Shown here: piece by piece, positions 45,205-54,920 of the stretch
Layout: every line of letters begins with the position of its first letter
Numbering within the stretch: the stretch's first letter is position 1
Source of the DNA: Alphaproteobacteria bacterium
GTDB taxonomy: Bacteria; Pseudomonadota; Alphaproteobacteria; UBA828
Direction of reading: 5' to 3'
DNA length: 64,000 nucleotides
NCBI GenBank assembly: GCA_963667705.1
Contig: OY763937.1
Coordinates: 288,559-352,558, forward strand
Notes under the pieces: model-generated
Told to the model about the DNA's origin: nothing
The model's input: only the letters and a program-made list of their open reading frames with translations
The model's database searches: none
Translations under genes and position numbers: made by a program

Positions 45205-46410
45205 ATGACGAGCCAGGTCTTTCCCAGGGAGGAGTACGAGGCGCGCTGGGCCAGGGTGCATGCCGAGATGGAGCGCCGGGGCTACGAGACCGCGGTGATC
45301 TGGTCGCGCGGCGCGAGCTCCTACGACCGCTGCGCCAACCTGCTCTGGCTGGTGAACCACTACTCCGGCCACCCCGGCCAGACGCCGGACAACAACCTGT
45401 GGCAGGGGCGGGGCCACAACGCCGTCATCATGCGGCCGGGCCGGGAGCCCGAGCTGCACAACGACGAGCTGCTGGAGCCGGCGGACTGGCTCGCCACCGA
45501 CAACTGGCACTGGCACCAGAACCCGATCAGGGGCACGGCGGACGCGCTCAACGCGCAGGGGGTCACCGGTCAGGTCGCCATCGTCGGGACCGACTTCCTG
45601 CCCTGCAAGTACATGGACTGGCTGCGCGAGTGGTGCCCGCGCATCGACTGGCGGCCGGAGGACGACCTCGTCAAGTCGGTGCAGCACGTCAAGAGCGCCC
45701 GCGAGCTCGAGGTCTTCCGCGAGGCGGGCGAGATCGCGAGCAGCGCGCTCACCCTCATCATGGAGGGACTCGTCGCGGGCCGGACCGAGGCCGAGTCCGC
45801 GGCCGCTGGGGCCGCCGAGGTGGTGCGCCGCGGCGGCATTCCCAACATCATCCGCCTCTCCCACGGCACCGGCGACGAGATGAACAACTTCAGCCGCTAT
45901 CCGCTCAGCGGTGCCGACCCGGACTCCGCGCCGAAGGAAGGCGACTTCGTGCGCGCCTGGATCATGGGGCCGATGCGCCACGGCTACTTCCTCGACCCCG
46001 GCCGCACCGCGGTGTGCGGGCGCAGGCCCACCTCTACCCAGCGCGCGCTGATGGAGGCCTGCATGGGCATCGTCGACGGCGTGATGGCGAAGATCCGCCC
46101 CGGCGTCTCGCCCCACGAGCTCGCGCGCGAGGGCGACCGGCTCACGCGCGAGGCCGGCGGCGGCGACACGGTGGACCAGGCCGGCCTGCAATGGCCGCTC
46201 TACGGCCACCTCTGCGACATGATGTTCGAGAACCCGATGTACGGGCTTTCCACCTGCGACGAGGACCAGCTCATTCTCGAGAACATGGTGTGCAGCTCGG
46301 AGGCCTTCCTCGCCTGGGAGGGCGTGGGCGCGGTAGGTTTCGAGCAGAACCTGATCGTGCGCGCGGACGGGGTGGAGGTCATCACCACCACGCCGGTCTG
46401 GTGGGAGTGA
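45205..46410 (+). CDS. M24 (creatinase/prolidase fold) hydrolase
   Basis: FPREEYEAR, VKSARELE, GYFLDPGRT, GH, E...GFEQN. Confidence 0.85.
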   Translation: MTSQVFPREEYEARWARVHAEMERRGYETAVIWSRGASSYDRCANLLWLVNHYSGHPGQTPDNNLWQGRGHNAVIMRPGREPELHNDELLEPADWLATDNWHWHQNPIRGTADALNAQGVTGQVAIVGTDFLPCKYMDWLREWCPRIDWRPEDDLVKSVQHVKSARELEVFREAGEIASSALTLIMEGLVAGRTEAESAAAGAAEVVRRGGIPNIIRLSHGTGDEMNNFSRYPLSGADPDSAPKEGDFVRAWIMGPMRHGYFLDPGRTAVCGRRPTSTQRALMEACMGIVDGVMAKIRPGVSPHELAREGDRLTREAGGGDTVDQAGLQWPLYGHLCDMMFENPMYGLSTCDEDQLILENMVCSSEAFLAWEGVGAVGFEQNLIVRADGVEVITTTPVWWE

Positions 46411-46435
46411 GGGCGATCTTGCGGCGAGGTGCGGC

Positions 46436-48487
46436 GTGGGACTGAGGATCGCGATCGATACCGGCGGCACCTTTACCGATGTCGTCGCCATCGACGAGGC
46501 GGACGGCAGCCGCTACGCGCTGAAGACGCCGAGCACGCCGGCCGACCCCAGCATCGGCCTGCTCGACGGCGTCCGCAAGGCGGCCGAGGCGGCGGAGGCG
46601 GACGAAGGCGCCGTCGCCCGCCTGCTCCACGGCTCGACCACGGCGACCAACGCCGTCCTGCAGCACCAGTTCGACGGGCTCGGCCTGATCGTGACGGAGG
46701 GCTTCCGCCACGTCATCGAGATCGCGCGCCAGTCGGTGCCCGACGGCTACGGCAACTCCTTCTTCTGGGTGAAGCCGCCGCGCCTCGTGCCGCTCCACCT
46801 TGTGCGCGAGGTGAAGGGCCGCATGACCCACCGGGGCGAGGAGCTGGAGCCGCTGGACGAGCAGGCGCTGATCGAGGCCGCCGGAGAGCTCGCCGCGCGC
46901 GGGGTGCGCTGCATCGCCGTCTGCTTCCTGCACGCCTACGCCAACGACGACCACGAGCGCCGCGCGGGCGAACTCATCGCCCGCCACCACCCGGACCTCT
47001 TCGTCTCGCTCTCGTCGGTGGTGCTGCCCGAGTACCGCGAGTACGAACGCGCCATGACTACGCTGATCGATGTGCTGGTGAAGCCCTATTGCCAGACCTA
47101 CCTGCGCACCGCGGCCGAGCGCATCGGTGCGGGCGAGGGAGCTGCGCCCTTCCTCATCATGCAGTCGAACGGCGGCGTGGTGCGCCACGCGACCGCCGGC
47201 GAGCGGCCCGTGACCATGCTGCTCTCGGGCCCGGCGGCGGGCGTGCTCGGGGCCGTGCACATGGCCCGGCTCGCGGGCTTCGAGGACGTGCTCACCCTCG
47301 ATGTCGGCGGCACGTCCACCGACATCTCGCTGGTGGAAGGGCTCAAGCCCCAGCTCACCAGCCAGTCGCTGGTGGAGCACTATCCGGTCAAGACGCCCAT
47401 GCTCGACATCGCGACCGTCGGCGCCGGCGGCGGCTCGCTCGCCTGGGTGGACGACTACGGCGCGCTCAAGGTGGGGCCGGAGAGCGCGGGCGCCGACCCG
47501 GGCCCGATCTGCTATCGCCGCGGCGGCACCCGGCCCACGGTCACCGACGCGGCCCTCGTTCTGGGCCGCCTGCCAGGCCAGCTCATCGGCGGGGAGCTCA
47601 CCCTCGACGCAGGCGCCGCGCGCGATGCCTTCGCCCGCCTCGGCGCCCGCTTCGCGCTCAGCCCCGAGGAGACCGCGGCCGGCGTATTCGAGATCGCCGC
47701 CGCCAACCAGGTCCACGGCATCCGCCAGGTCACCACCAGCCGGGGGCGGGAGCCGGGGCGCTACGTGCTCGCGGCCTTCGGCGGCGCGGGCGGCATGTTC
47801 GCGGCCGAGGTGGCGGCGTTCCTCGCCATCGGGCGCATCCTCTCGCCGCCCGACCCGGGCAACCTCTCGGCCTTCGGCCTGCACGTCTCCGACATCAAGC
47901 GTGACTACGTGCGCACCCTGGTGCGCCAGCAGGCGAACGCGGACGCAGGCGAGATCGACGGCGCCTGGCAGGAGCTGGAGCACATCGGCAAGGCCGAGGT
48001 GATGGCCGAGGGCGTGGCGGCCGAGCGCATCCGGCTCAGGCGCAGCGCCGACGTGCGCTATGTGGGCGAGGGCCACGAGGTCCCGGTCGAGATCCCGCCG
48101 GGCACGAAGGGCGCGGCGGCAGTGGAGACCATGTGGTCCGCCTTCCACCGGGTGCACCTCGACGCCTTCGGCTTCGACTACGAGGGCCGCCAGGACGTGG
48201 AGGTGGTGAACCTGCGGGTCCAGGTGACCGGCCAGGTCGACCGGCCTGCGGCGCACGAGATCGCGCAGAGCGCGGACGCGGCCGCGCCGGTCTCCTCCCG
48301 CCCGGTCTACTGGCGGGAGTCCGGCTGGGTCGACTGCCCCATCTTCCGCCGCGAGGACCTGGGCGCGGGAGAGCGGCTCGACGGGCCGCTCATCGTGGAG
48401 GAATATGGCTCGACCGTGGTGGTGCCTGCGGGCTGGGGGCTCGCCTGCGACCGCTACGGCAACCTGGTCATGGAGAAGGCGGGATGA
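46436..48487 (+). CDS. Hydantoinase A/oxoprolinase ATP-binding subunit
   Basis: DTGGTFTD, HGSTTATN, SGPAAG, DVGGTSTD, GAGGGS, GADPGP. Confidence 0.93.
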   Translation: MGLRIAIDTGGTFTDVVAIDEADGSRYALKTPSTPADPSIGLLDGVRKAAEAAEADEGAVARLLHGSTTATNAVLQHQFDGLGLIVTEGFRHVIEIARQSVPDGYGNSFFWVKPPRLVPLHLVREVKGRMTHRGEELEPLDEQALIEAAGELAARGVRCIAVCFLHAYANDDHERRAGELIARHHPDLFVSLSSVVLPEYREYERAMTTLIDVLVKPYCQTYLRTAAERIGAGEGAAPFLIMQSNGGVVRHATAGERPVTMLLSGPAAGVLGAVHMARLAGFEDVLTLDVGGTSTDISLVEGLKPQLTSQSLVEHYPVKTPMLDIATVGAGGGSLAWVDDYGALKVGPESAGADPGPICYRRGGTRPTVTDAALVLGRLPGQLIGGELTLDAGAARDAFARLGARFALSPEETAAGVFEIAAANQVHGIRQVTTSRGREPGRYVLAAFGGAGGMFAAEVAAFLAIGRILSPPDPGNLSAFGLHVSDIKRDYVRTLVRQQANADAGEIDGAWQELEHIGKAEVMAEGVAAERIRLRRSADVRYVGEGHEVPVEIPPGTKGAAAVETMWSAFHRVHLDAFGFDYEGRQDVEVVNLRVQVTGQVDRPAAHEIAQSADAAAPVSSRPVYWRESGWVDCPIFRREDLGAGERLDGPLIVEEYGSTVVVPAGWGLACDRYGNLVMEKAG

Positions 48488-50397
48488 CGAAGATGGACAA
48501 GGCGGCGCTCGGGCCCATCGAGCTCGAGGTCATCGCCGGCGCCGTTCGCTCGGCCGAGCTCGAGATCGAGGCGGCGGTGGAGCGCACCGCGCGCTCGCCC
48601 ATGATCCGCGACCAGCACGACTACCGCGTGGCGCTGTTCGACGCCAGGGGCCGCAAGCTCACCGGGCGCTCCTACTCCGCCCTGGTGGAGCCGGTGTTCG
48701 AGTACTTCGGCGCCGACGACATCCACGAGGGCGATGTCTTCTTCTGGAACGACCCCTACAACAGCGCGGGCGGCATCGGCCACGTGCCCGACCTCTGCAC
48801 CACCATCCCGGTCTTCCACGAGGGCCGGCTGGTCGGCTTCAGCCAGGTCTTCGGCCATCACGACGACGTCGGCGGCTCGGTGCCCGGCAGCCTCCCCGTG
48901 CACGCCACCGACATGTGGTCCGAGGGCCTGGTGGTCCCGCCCATCAAGCTCTACGAGCGGGGTGTGCTCAACAAGGCGGCCTACGCCATCATCGGCCGCA
49001 ACTCGCGCCTCGCCGACCATCTGGAGGGCGACATCGACGCCGAGATCGGCGCCGCCCGGCTGGGTTCCAGCCGCGTCGTCGCGATGGCGGAGCGCTACGG
49101 CGCCGACGTGCTGGAGGCCGCCTTCGACGCCATCGTCGAGAACTGCGCCCAGACGCTGCGGCGCGAGCTGCTGCCCAAGATCGCCGACGGCGTCTACCAC
49201 TGGGAGGACTACATCGAGAACGACGGCGTCGATGCGCCGCGCCTGCACGCGCTTAGGCTCACCATGACCAAGACGCCGGAGAAGATCACCCTCGACTTCA
49301 GCGGCACCGACCCGGAAACCAAGGGCCCGATCAACTGGCCCATCGACTATTCCGAGGGCCGCTTCGTCCGCAAATGGATGGCGCCGGTGCTGCGCTCGCT
49401 CGCCGACACACCCGAGCGCGCCGCCGAGATCGACATGAACGAGGGCGTGCTCGACGTGATCGACGTGGTCTTCCCCGGCAAGGGCACGCTGGTGACGCCC
49501 ACCTTCGGCCGGCCCACGGGGATGCGCTTCTTCATCCTGCTGCGCGCGCTAGGCGTCTTCGCCGCCTGCCTCTCCAAGGCCACCGGCGGGCGCATGCCGG
49601 CGGACCACGAGACCATCCGCATCTGGGGGCTGCACGGCAACGCGGCGGACGGCGACTTCTACCTCTTCCGCGAGGTGCTGGGCGGCGGCGGGCCGGGCCG
49701 GCCCTGGGCCGACGGCAGCGACGTGGTGCACATCGTCCCCAACTCGCGCAACCTGCCCGCCGAGTTTTCGGAGACCCGCTACCCCATCCGCATCGAGCGC
49801 CTGGGGCTGAACCAGGATTCCGGCGGCGCCGGCTACCGCCGCGGCGGGCTCGGCTACGACAAGCGGGTGCGCGTGCTCGAGGAGTCGACGCTGCTGTCCA
49901 ATGCCGACCGCGCCATGCTGAACACCTACGGCGTCAACGGCGGCGGGCCCGGCGCGCCCTACGCCATCTCGGTCGAAGATCCTGCGGGCGACGTGCGCGA
50001 GGTCGCCGGCATGGCCGACGGCATCGAGGTTGAGGCGGGCTCGGTGGTGCGCATCGTCACCACCGGCGGCGGCGGCTGGGGCGATGCGCTCAGGCGCGAG
50101 CCGGCGCTGGTCTGCCGCGACGTGGAGTCTGGTCTGGTCTCGGCGGCGGCGGCGCGCGAGCGCTACGGCGTGGTCCTTGCCTGCGAGGACGGGGCCTGGA
50201 GCATCGACGGCGCGGCGACCCGCAATCTCAGGGCCGAGATGGCGGCGCGGCGCGGGCCGCTGCCCCTCTTCGACCGCGGCCCCTACTTCGAGGCGCGCAA
50301 GGCCGAGGGCGGCATCGCCTGGCCCGAGGGCTGGCAGGACCCCGACGCGGCGTGGCGGGCGGAGCCCGTCGAAGCCACCATGGACGCGGCGGAATGA
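48484..50397 (+). CDS. Hydantoinase B/oxoprolinase subunit
   Basis: ARSPMIR, NDPY...GHVPD, HHDDVGG, DSGGAG, GGGGWGD; ATGA overlap. Confidence 0.93.
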   Translation: MTKMDKAALGPIELEVIAGAVRSAELEIEAAVERTARSPMIRDQHDYRVALFDARGRKLTGRSYSALVEPVFEYFGADDIHEGDVFFWNDPYNSAGGIGHVPDLCTTIPVFHEGRLVGFSQVFGHHDDVGGSVPGSLPVHATDMWSEGLVVPPIKLYERGVLNKAAYAIIGRNSRLADHLEGDIDAEIGAARLGSSRVVAMAERYGADVLEAAFDAIVENCAQTLRRELLPKIADGVYHWEDYIENDGVDAPRLHALRLTMTKTPEKITLDFSGTDPETKGPINWPIDYSEGRFVRKWMAPVLRSLADTPERAAEIDMNEGVLDVIDVVFPGKGTLVTPTFGRPTGMRFFILLRALGVFAACLSKATGGRMPADHETIRIWGLHGNAADGDFYLFREVLGGGGPGRPWADGSDVVHIVPNSRNLPAEFSETRYPIRIERLGLNQDSGGAGYRRGGLGYDKRVRVLEESTLLSNADRAMLNTYGVNGGGPGAPYAISVEDPAGDVREVAGMADGIEVEAGSVVRIVTTGGGGWGDALRREPALVCRDVESGLVSAAAARERYGVVLACEDGAWSIDGAATRNLRAEMAARRGPLPLFDRGPYFEARKAEGGIAWPEGWQDPDAAWRAEPVEATMDAAE

Positions 50398-50431
50398 GCC
50401 CGCGAAGGCGGCCGATGACGGCGGAGGAAGC

Positions 50432-51685
50432 ATGAGCGAGGCAGCGCCGGGCCCGGACTGGGACCTTCTCATTCGCGACGCGGTGCGCCTCGACGAGGCG
50501 GAGCCGGTCTCCATCGGCATCCGCGGCGGGCGGATCGAGGCCGTGGCGCCGTCGCTCGAGGGGACGGCGGCCGAGCGCATCGACGCGCGCGGCGGGCTGG
50601 TCACGCCCTCCTTCGTCGATCCCCACTTCCACATCGACAAGGTGCTGAGCCGCGACCTGCTCGGCGCGCTCGGGCCGCAGGAAGCCTTCGACCGCGCCCG
50701 CGAGGTCAAGACCCAGTTCACCGTCGCCGACGTGGAGGAGCGCGCGAGCCAGGCGCTCCGGCTTGCCGCGGCCCACGGCATCGGCCGCCTGCACGCGCAG
50801 GTCGACGTGGACTTCGCCACCCGGCTGGTCTCCTTCGAGGGCGTCATGCGCGCGCGCGACCGCTTCGCCGGCGTCGTCGACGTCACCCTCGTCGCCTTCC
50901 CGCAGGAGGGGATCGTGGCGGACAAGGAGGCACCGGCGCTGTTGCGCGAGGCGCTCGAGATGGGCGCTGCGGCCGTGGGCGGCCTGCCCGAGGTGGAGGC
51001 CTCGGTCGCGGACCAGCGCACCCATGTCGACACCTGTCTGGACCTTGCCGCCGAGTTCGACGTGCCGGTGGAGATGCACGCCGACTACATGGACCGGGCC
51101 GAGCTCAAGACCCTGGAGATGCTGGCGGACGCCACCGTCGCCCACGGCATGCAGGGCCGTGTGGTCGGCAGCCACTGCAACGCGCTCGCGGTCTACCCCG
51201 ACGACGAGGCCGGGCGCGTGATCGACAAGGTGTTGGCCGCCGACATGGCGATCACGGTGCTGCCGATCGCCAACCTGCAGATGCTGGGCGGCGAGGGGCG
51301 CACGCCCCATGATCGCGGCTCGTCGCGGGTGAAGGAATTGCTGGACGCCGGCGTCAACGTCGCCGCGGGCGCCGACAACATGTACGACATCTGGTACCGC
51401 TTCAACCGGATGGACCCAACCGAGCTTGCCTACATGACCGTGCACAGCGCGGGCCTCAGGACCGACGAGGAAGTGCGTGAGGGCTTCGAGATGGTCACCA
51501 CCCGGGCCGCGCGCATCATCGGCGCGCCCGTGCCCGCCGTCGCCGCCGGCTCGGCGGCCGATCTGGTGGTCTTCGAGGTGGCCTCGCTGGTCGACATCCT
51601 GCGCCGCCTCCCTGGCCGCCGCATCCACATCAAGAGCGGCCGCCGCGTCGGCGGGGTGGAAGGCTCCTGTTGGAGCGCCGCCTGA
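50432..51685 (+). CDS. Cytosine-deaminase (CodA)-like metal-dependent amidohydrolase
   Basis: DPHFHIDK, AFPQEG, HADY, SHC, GADN; GGAGG RBS. Confidence 0.87.
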   Translation: MSEAAPGPDWDLLIRDAVRLDEAEPVSIGIRGGRIEAVAPSLEGTAAERIDARGGLVTPSFVDPHFHIDKVLSRDLLGALGPQEAFDRAREVKTQFTVADVEERASQALRLAAAHGIGRLHAQVDVDFATRLVSFEGVMRARDRFAGVVDVTLVAFPQEGIVADKEAPALLREALEMGAAAVGGLPEVEASVADQRTHVDTCLDLAAEFDVPVEMHADYMDRAELKTLEMLADATVAHGMQGRVVGSHCNALAVYPDDEAGRVIDKVLAADMAITVLPIANLQMLGGEGRTPHDRGSSRVKELLDAGVNVAAGADNMYDIWYRFNRMDPTELAYMTVHSAGLRTDEEVREGFEMVTTRAARIIGAPVPAVAAGSAADLVVFEVASLVDILRRLPGRRIHIKSGRRVGGVEGSCWSAA

Positions 51686-51719
51686 ACGCGTGCCGGGTCG
51701 CGTGCGTATCTTCCGCGGA

Positions 51720-51733
51720 TGTAACCGGTTACA
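51720..51733. promoter_or_regulatory. Perfect palindromic operator, LacI-family-like
   Basis: TGTAACCGGTTACA ending 31 bp before the aprM start. Confidence 0.65.
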
Positions 51734-51764
51734 ATCCCCGGCACTCCGACATTGAGGGAAACGC

Positions 51765-52550
51765 GTGTTCACCAGTAATCCCTTCGCCGCGCTGACGACG
51801 ACCGTTCCGTCCGATGCCATGCAGATTTACGTCGGCGTGATGATCGCGCTGGTCGTGTGCGGCACCCTGTTCGACGTCTGGCACAAGGGGAGCGCCGCCT
51901 ACTTCTTCGGTAGCTGGCGGAACGCGAGGGCAAGGGGCACGCGGAAAGTCGGCAGCGGGAAAGTGGCCGGGCTCGCGGTCCGGACGGTCATGTCGGAGGT
52001 GCTGACGTCTGCCGAATTCGGCAACGGACGCCGCCGGGCTGCCCACCTTCTGACGATGTACGGATTCCTGCTCTACGTCGCGACCACCGTCGTCATGGTG
52101 TTCTGCTATCCGACACCCGACGCGGCGACGCCCGCGGTCCTGCCCCAGCTCTGGATCGCAGGCGCCCTGCTGGTCTGCCTCGGCGGCTACTGGTTCTGGT
52201 TCTTCATCCGGGTCGACGTGGCGGCCGAGGGCAACACGCCGCTCCGCGTCGTGCGCGCCGACCTCTTCATCCTCTCGCTTCTCGCCAGCGCGTCGCTCGG
52301 GCTGATCTGGGCTGCCCTGCAGTCGATCGAGAGCTGGGGCACGAACATCGTCCTCGGCCTCTACCTCGTCGCCACGACGGTGCTGTTCGGATCCGTGCCC
52401 TGGTCCAAGTTCTCGCACATGTTCTTCAAGCCCGCGGCCGCCTTCGAGAAGCGGGTATCCGAGGCGACGGGTTCGAGGAGCAACCTGCCGGCGCCCGCCG
52501 ACGAACCCGAGACCTTCGGCAGCGCCCGCGAAAGGCCCCGCCACTACTGA
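51765..52550 (+). CDS. aprM: APS reductase membrane anchor AprM
   Basis: MFTSNPFA, DVWHKGSA, AHLLTMYG, WSKFSHMFFKP; directly upstream of aprBA. Confidence 0.88.
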   Translation: MFTSNPFAALTTTVPSDAMQIYVGVMIALVVCGTLFDVWHKGSAAYFFGSWRNARARGTRKVGSGKVAGLAVRTVMSEVLTSAEFGNGRRRAAHLLTMYGFLLYVATTVVMVFCYPTPDAATPAVLPQLWIAGALLVCLGGYWFWFFIRVDVAAEGNTPLRVVRADLFILSLLASASLGLIWAALQSIESWGTNIVLGLYLVATTVLFGSVPWSKFSHMFFKPAAAFEKRVSEATGSRSNLPAPADEPETFGSARERPRHY

Positions 52551-52586
52551 CCGGCCCGATTTCGCCAGAGGAGACAAGGGAGCCAC

Positions 52587-53048
52587 ATGCCGACATTCGT
52601 CTACATGACCCGCTGCGACGGCTGCGGATACTGCGTCGATATCTGCCCCTCCGACATCATGCACATCGATAAGACCTACCGGCGCGCCTACAACATCGAG
52701 CCCAACATGTGCTGGGAGTGCTACTCCTGCGTGAAGGCGTGCCCGCAGAATGCCATCGACTGCCGCGGCTACGCCGATTTCGCGCCCATGGGCCACAGCG
52801 TGCGCACGCTGAGGGAAGAGGCGAAAGGCACCATTTCCTGGAAAATCAAGTTTCGCGACGGCACGGAAAAGGACTTCGTGTCCCCGATCCGGACCACGCC
52901 CTGGGGGTCGATCAGGGCGCCGGCCGACTACGACGCACCCACGGCGCAAGCGATGAAATCCCAGGAGCTGGCGCACGAGCCGGACGCGCTCAACATCGCG
53001 GCGCTGCCCGCGCTCGCGCCGGGCCGCTTCAGGGAGGGAGCCCTCTAG
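52587..53048 (+). CDS. aprB: Adenylylsulfate reductase beta subunit
   Basis: MPTFVYMTRCDGCG, CPSDIM, EPNMCWECYSCVKACP, IRTTPWG. Confidence 0.96.
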   Translation: MPTFVYMTRCDGCGYCVDICPSDIMHIDKTYRRAYNIEPNMCWECYSCVKACPQNAIDCRGYADFAPMGHSVRTLREEAKGTISWKIKFRDGTEKDFVSPIRTTPWGSIRAPADYDAPTAQAMKSQELAHEPDALNIAALPALAPGRFREGAL

Positions 53049-54892
53049 TGGGTCTGTTCTCGCGCCGTAAGACGGTCTTCGTGGACGCGGACATCCTGGT
53101 CGTCGGCGGCGGCATGGCCGGCTGCGGGGCGACCTACGAAGCAGGCTACTGGGGGCGCGACCTGAAGGTCGTCTGTGTCGAGAAGGCAAACATCGAGCGC
53201 AGCGGCGCCGTGGCCCAGGGCCTCTATGCCATCAACTGCTACATGGGCATGCAGTGGGACGAGAACCGGCCCGAGGACCATGTCCGCTACGCCCGGAACG
53301 ACCTCATGGGTCTGGTGCGGGAGGATCTGGGCTACGACATCGCCCGCCACGTCGACTCCGCGGTGCACAAGTTCGAGGAGTGGGGCCTTCCCATCATGAA
53401 GGACCCGGAGACCGGGCGCTATCAGCGCGAAGGCAAGTGGCAGATCATGATCCACGGCGAGAGCTACAAGCCGATCGTCGCCGAGGCCGCGCGCAAGGCC
53501 GCGGCGCAAGTCTACAATCGGATCATGGTGACCCACCTGCTGACGGACCGGACCAAGCCCGGCCGCGTCGCGGGCGCGGTCGGGTTCAACGTCCGAACCG
53601 GCGACTTCCACGTCTTCCGCGCGAAGGCGGTCATCGTCTGCGCCGGCGGCGCATCGCACATCTTCAAGCCGCGAGCGGTGGGCGAGGGCATGGGGCGAAC
53701 CTGGTACGCCCCATGGAGCAGCGCCTCGGCCTATGCGTTGCCGATCCTCGTCGGCGCCAAGATGACCCAGATGGAGAACCGGATCGTGCTGACCCGCTTC
53801 AAGGACGGCTACGGTCCGGTCGGCGCCTACTTCCTCCACCTCAAGACCTACACCGAGAACGCCTACGGGGAGGAGTACGAGTCCAGGTGGTACGACCACA
53901 CCAAGGCGCTGGTGGGCGACTACATCGACATGCACCCGGTGCCGACCTGCCTGCGCAACCACGCCCTGCTGGAGGAGATCAAGGCCGGCCGCGGCCCCAT
54001 CCGCATGGTGACGAAGGAGGCCTTCGCGGATCCCCACAAGGAGCAGGTCGGCTGGGAGAATTTCCTGGGCATGACGATCGGGCAGGCGGTCGTCTGGGCG
54101 TCCCAGAACATCGATCCCAAGCACACCAACCCGGAGCTGACCACGTCCGAGCCCTACGTCATGGGCTCGCACGCCACCTGCTCGGGCGCCTGGGCGAGCG
54201 GTCCGGAGGACTGCGCGCCGGCGGACTACCAGTGGGGCTACAACCGGATGATGACCGTCGACGGCCTGTTCGGCGCCGGCGACACCATCGGCGGCTCCGC
54301 CCACAAGTTCTCGTCAGGCTCCTTCACCGAGGGCCGCATCGCCGGAAAGGCGGCGGTCAACTACGTCAACGACCTGAAGAGCGAGCAGCCTCAGGTCAGC
54401 GAGAAGGAGTACGAAGACCTCAGGAAGGCCGTCTTCCAGCCCCTCGAGACCTACCGGGTGAACCGCAACGAGATCGTCGCGGGGACGGTCTCACCGAGCT
54501 ACATGCTGCCGCTTCACGGCCTGCAGCGTCTCGAGAAGATCATGGACGAGTACGTCGGCGGCATCAGCGCCCACTACACGACGAACGAGCCGATGCTGAC
54601 CCGCGGGCTGGAGCTGCTCGGCATGCTGAAGGAGGACCTCGATCGTCTGGGCGCCGAAGACCTTCACCAGCTTCAGCGCGCGTGGGAGCTTCACCACCGA
54701 GTGCTTGCCTCGGAGGCCGTGACGCATCACACGATGTTCAGGACGGAAACGCGCTGGCCGGGATACTACTACCGGGGCGATCATCCCAAGCTGGACGACG
54801 CCGATTGGCACTGCTTCACGCTCTCTCGCTACGACCGGGAGTCCGGGGAATGGGCCATGGAGAAGGCCCCCGTCTACCACATCGTCGACTAG
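53048..54892 (+). CDS. aprA: Adenylylsulfate reductase alpha subunit
   Basis: RSGAVAQGL, WQIMIHGESYK, RFKDGYGPVGA, HKFSSGS, ETRWPG; GTG overlaps the aprB stop. Confidence 0.96.
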   Translation: MGLFSRRKTVFVDADILVVGGGMAGCGATYEAGYWGRDLKVVCVEKANIERSGAVAQGLYAINCYMGMQWDENRPEDHVRYARNDLMGLVREDLGYDIARHVDSAVHKFEEWGLPIMKDPETGRYQREGKWQIMIHGESYKPIVAEAARKAAAQVYNRIMVTHLLTDRTKPGRVAGAVGFNVRTGDFHVFRAKAVIVCAGGASHIFKPRAVGEGMGRTWYAPWSSASAYALPILVGAKMTQMENRIVLTRFKDGYGPVGAYFLHLKTYTENAYGEEYESRWYDHTKALVGDYIDMHPVPTCLRNHALLEEIKAGRGPIRMVTKEAFADPHKEQVGWENFLGMTIGQAVVWASQNIDPKHTNPELTTSEPYVMGSHATCSGAWASGPEDCAPADYQWGYNRMMTVDGLFGAGDTIGGSAHKFSSGSFTEGRIAGKAAVNYVNDLKSEQPQVSEKEYEDLRKAVFQPLETYRVNRNEIVAGTVSPSYMLPLHGLQRLEKIMDEYVGGISAHYTTNEPMLTRGLELLGMLKEDLDRLGAEDLHQLQRAWELHHRVLASEAVTHHTMFRTETRWPGYYYRGDHPKLDDADWHCFTLSRYDRESGEWAMEKAPVYHIVD

Positions 54893-54920
54893 CCCCGACG
54901 TCCCGCCACAAGGACGCCCC

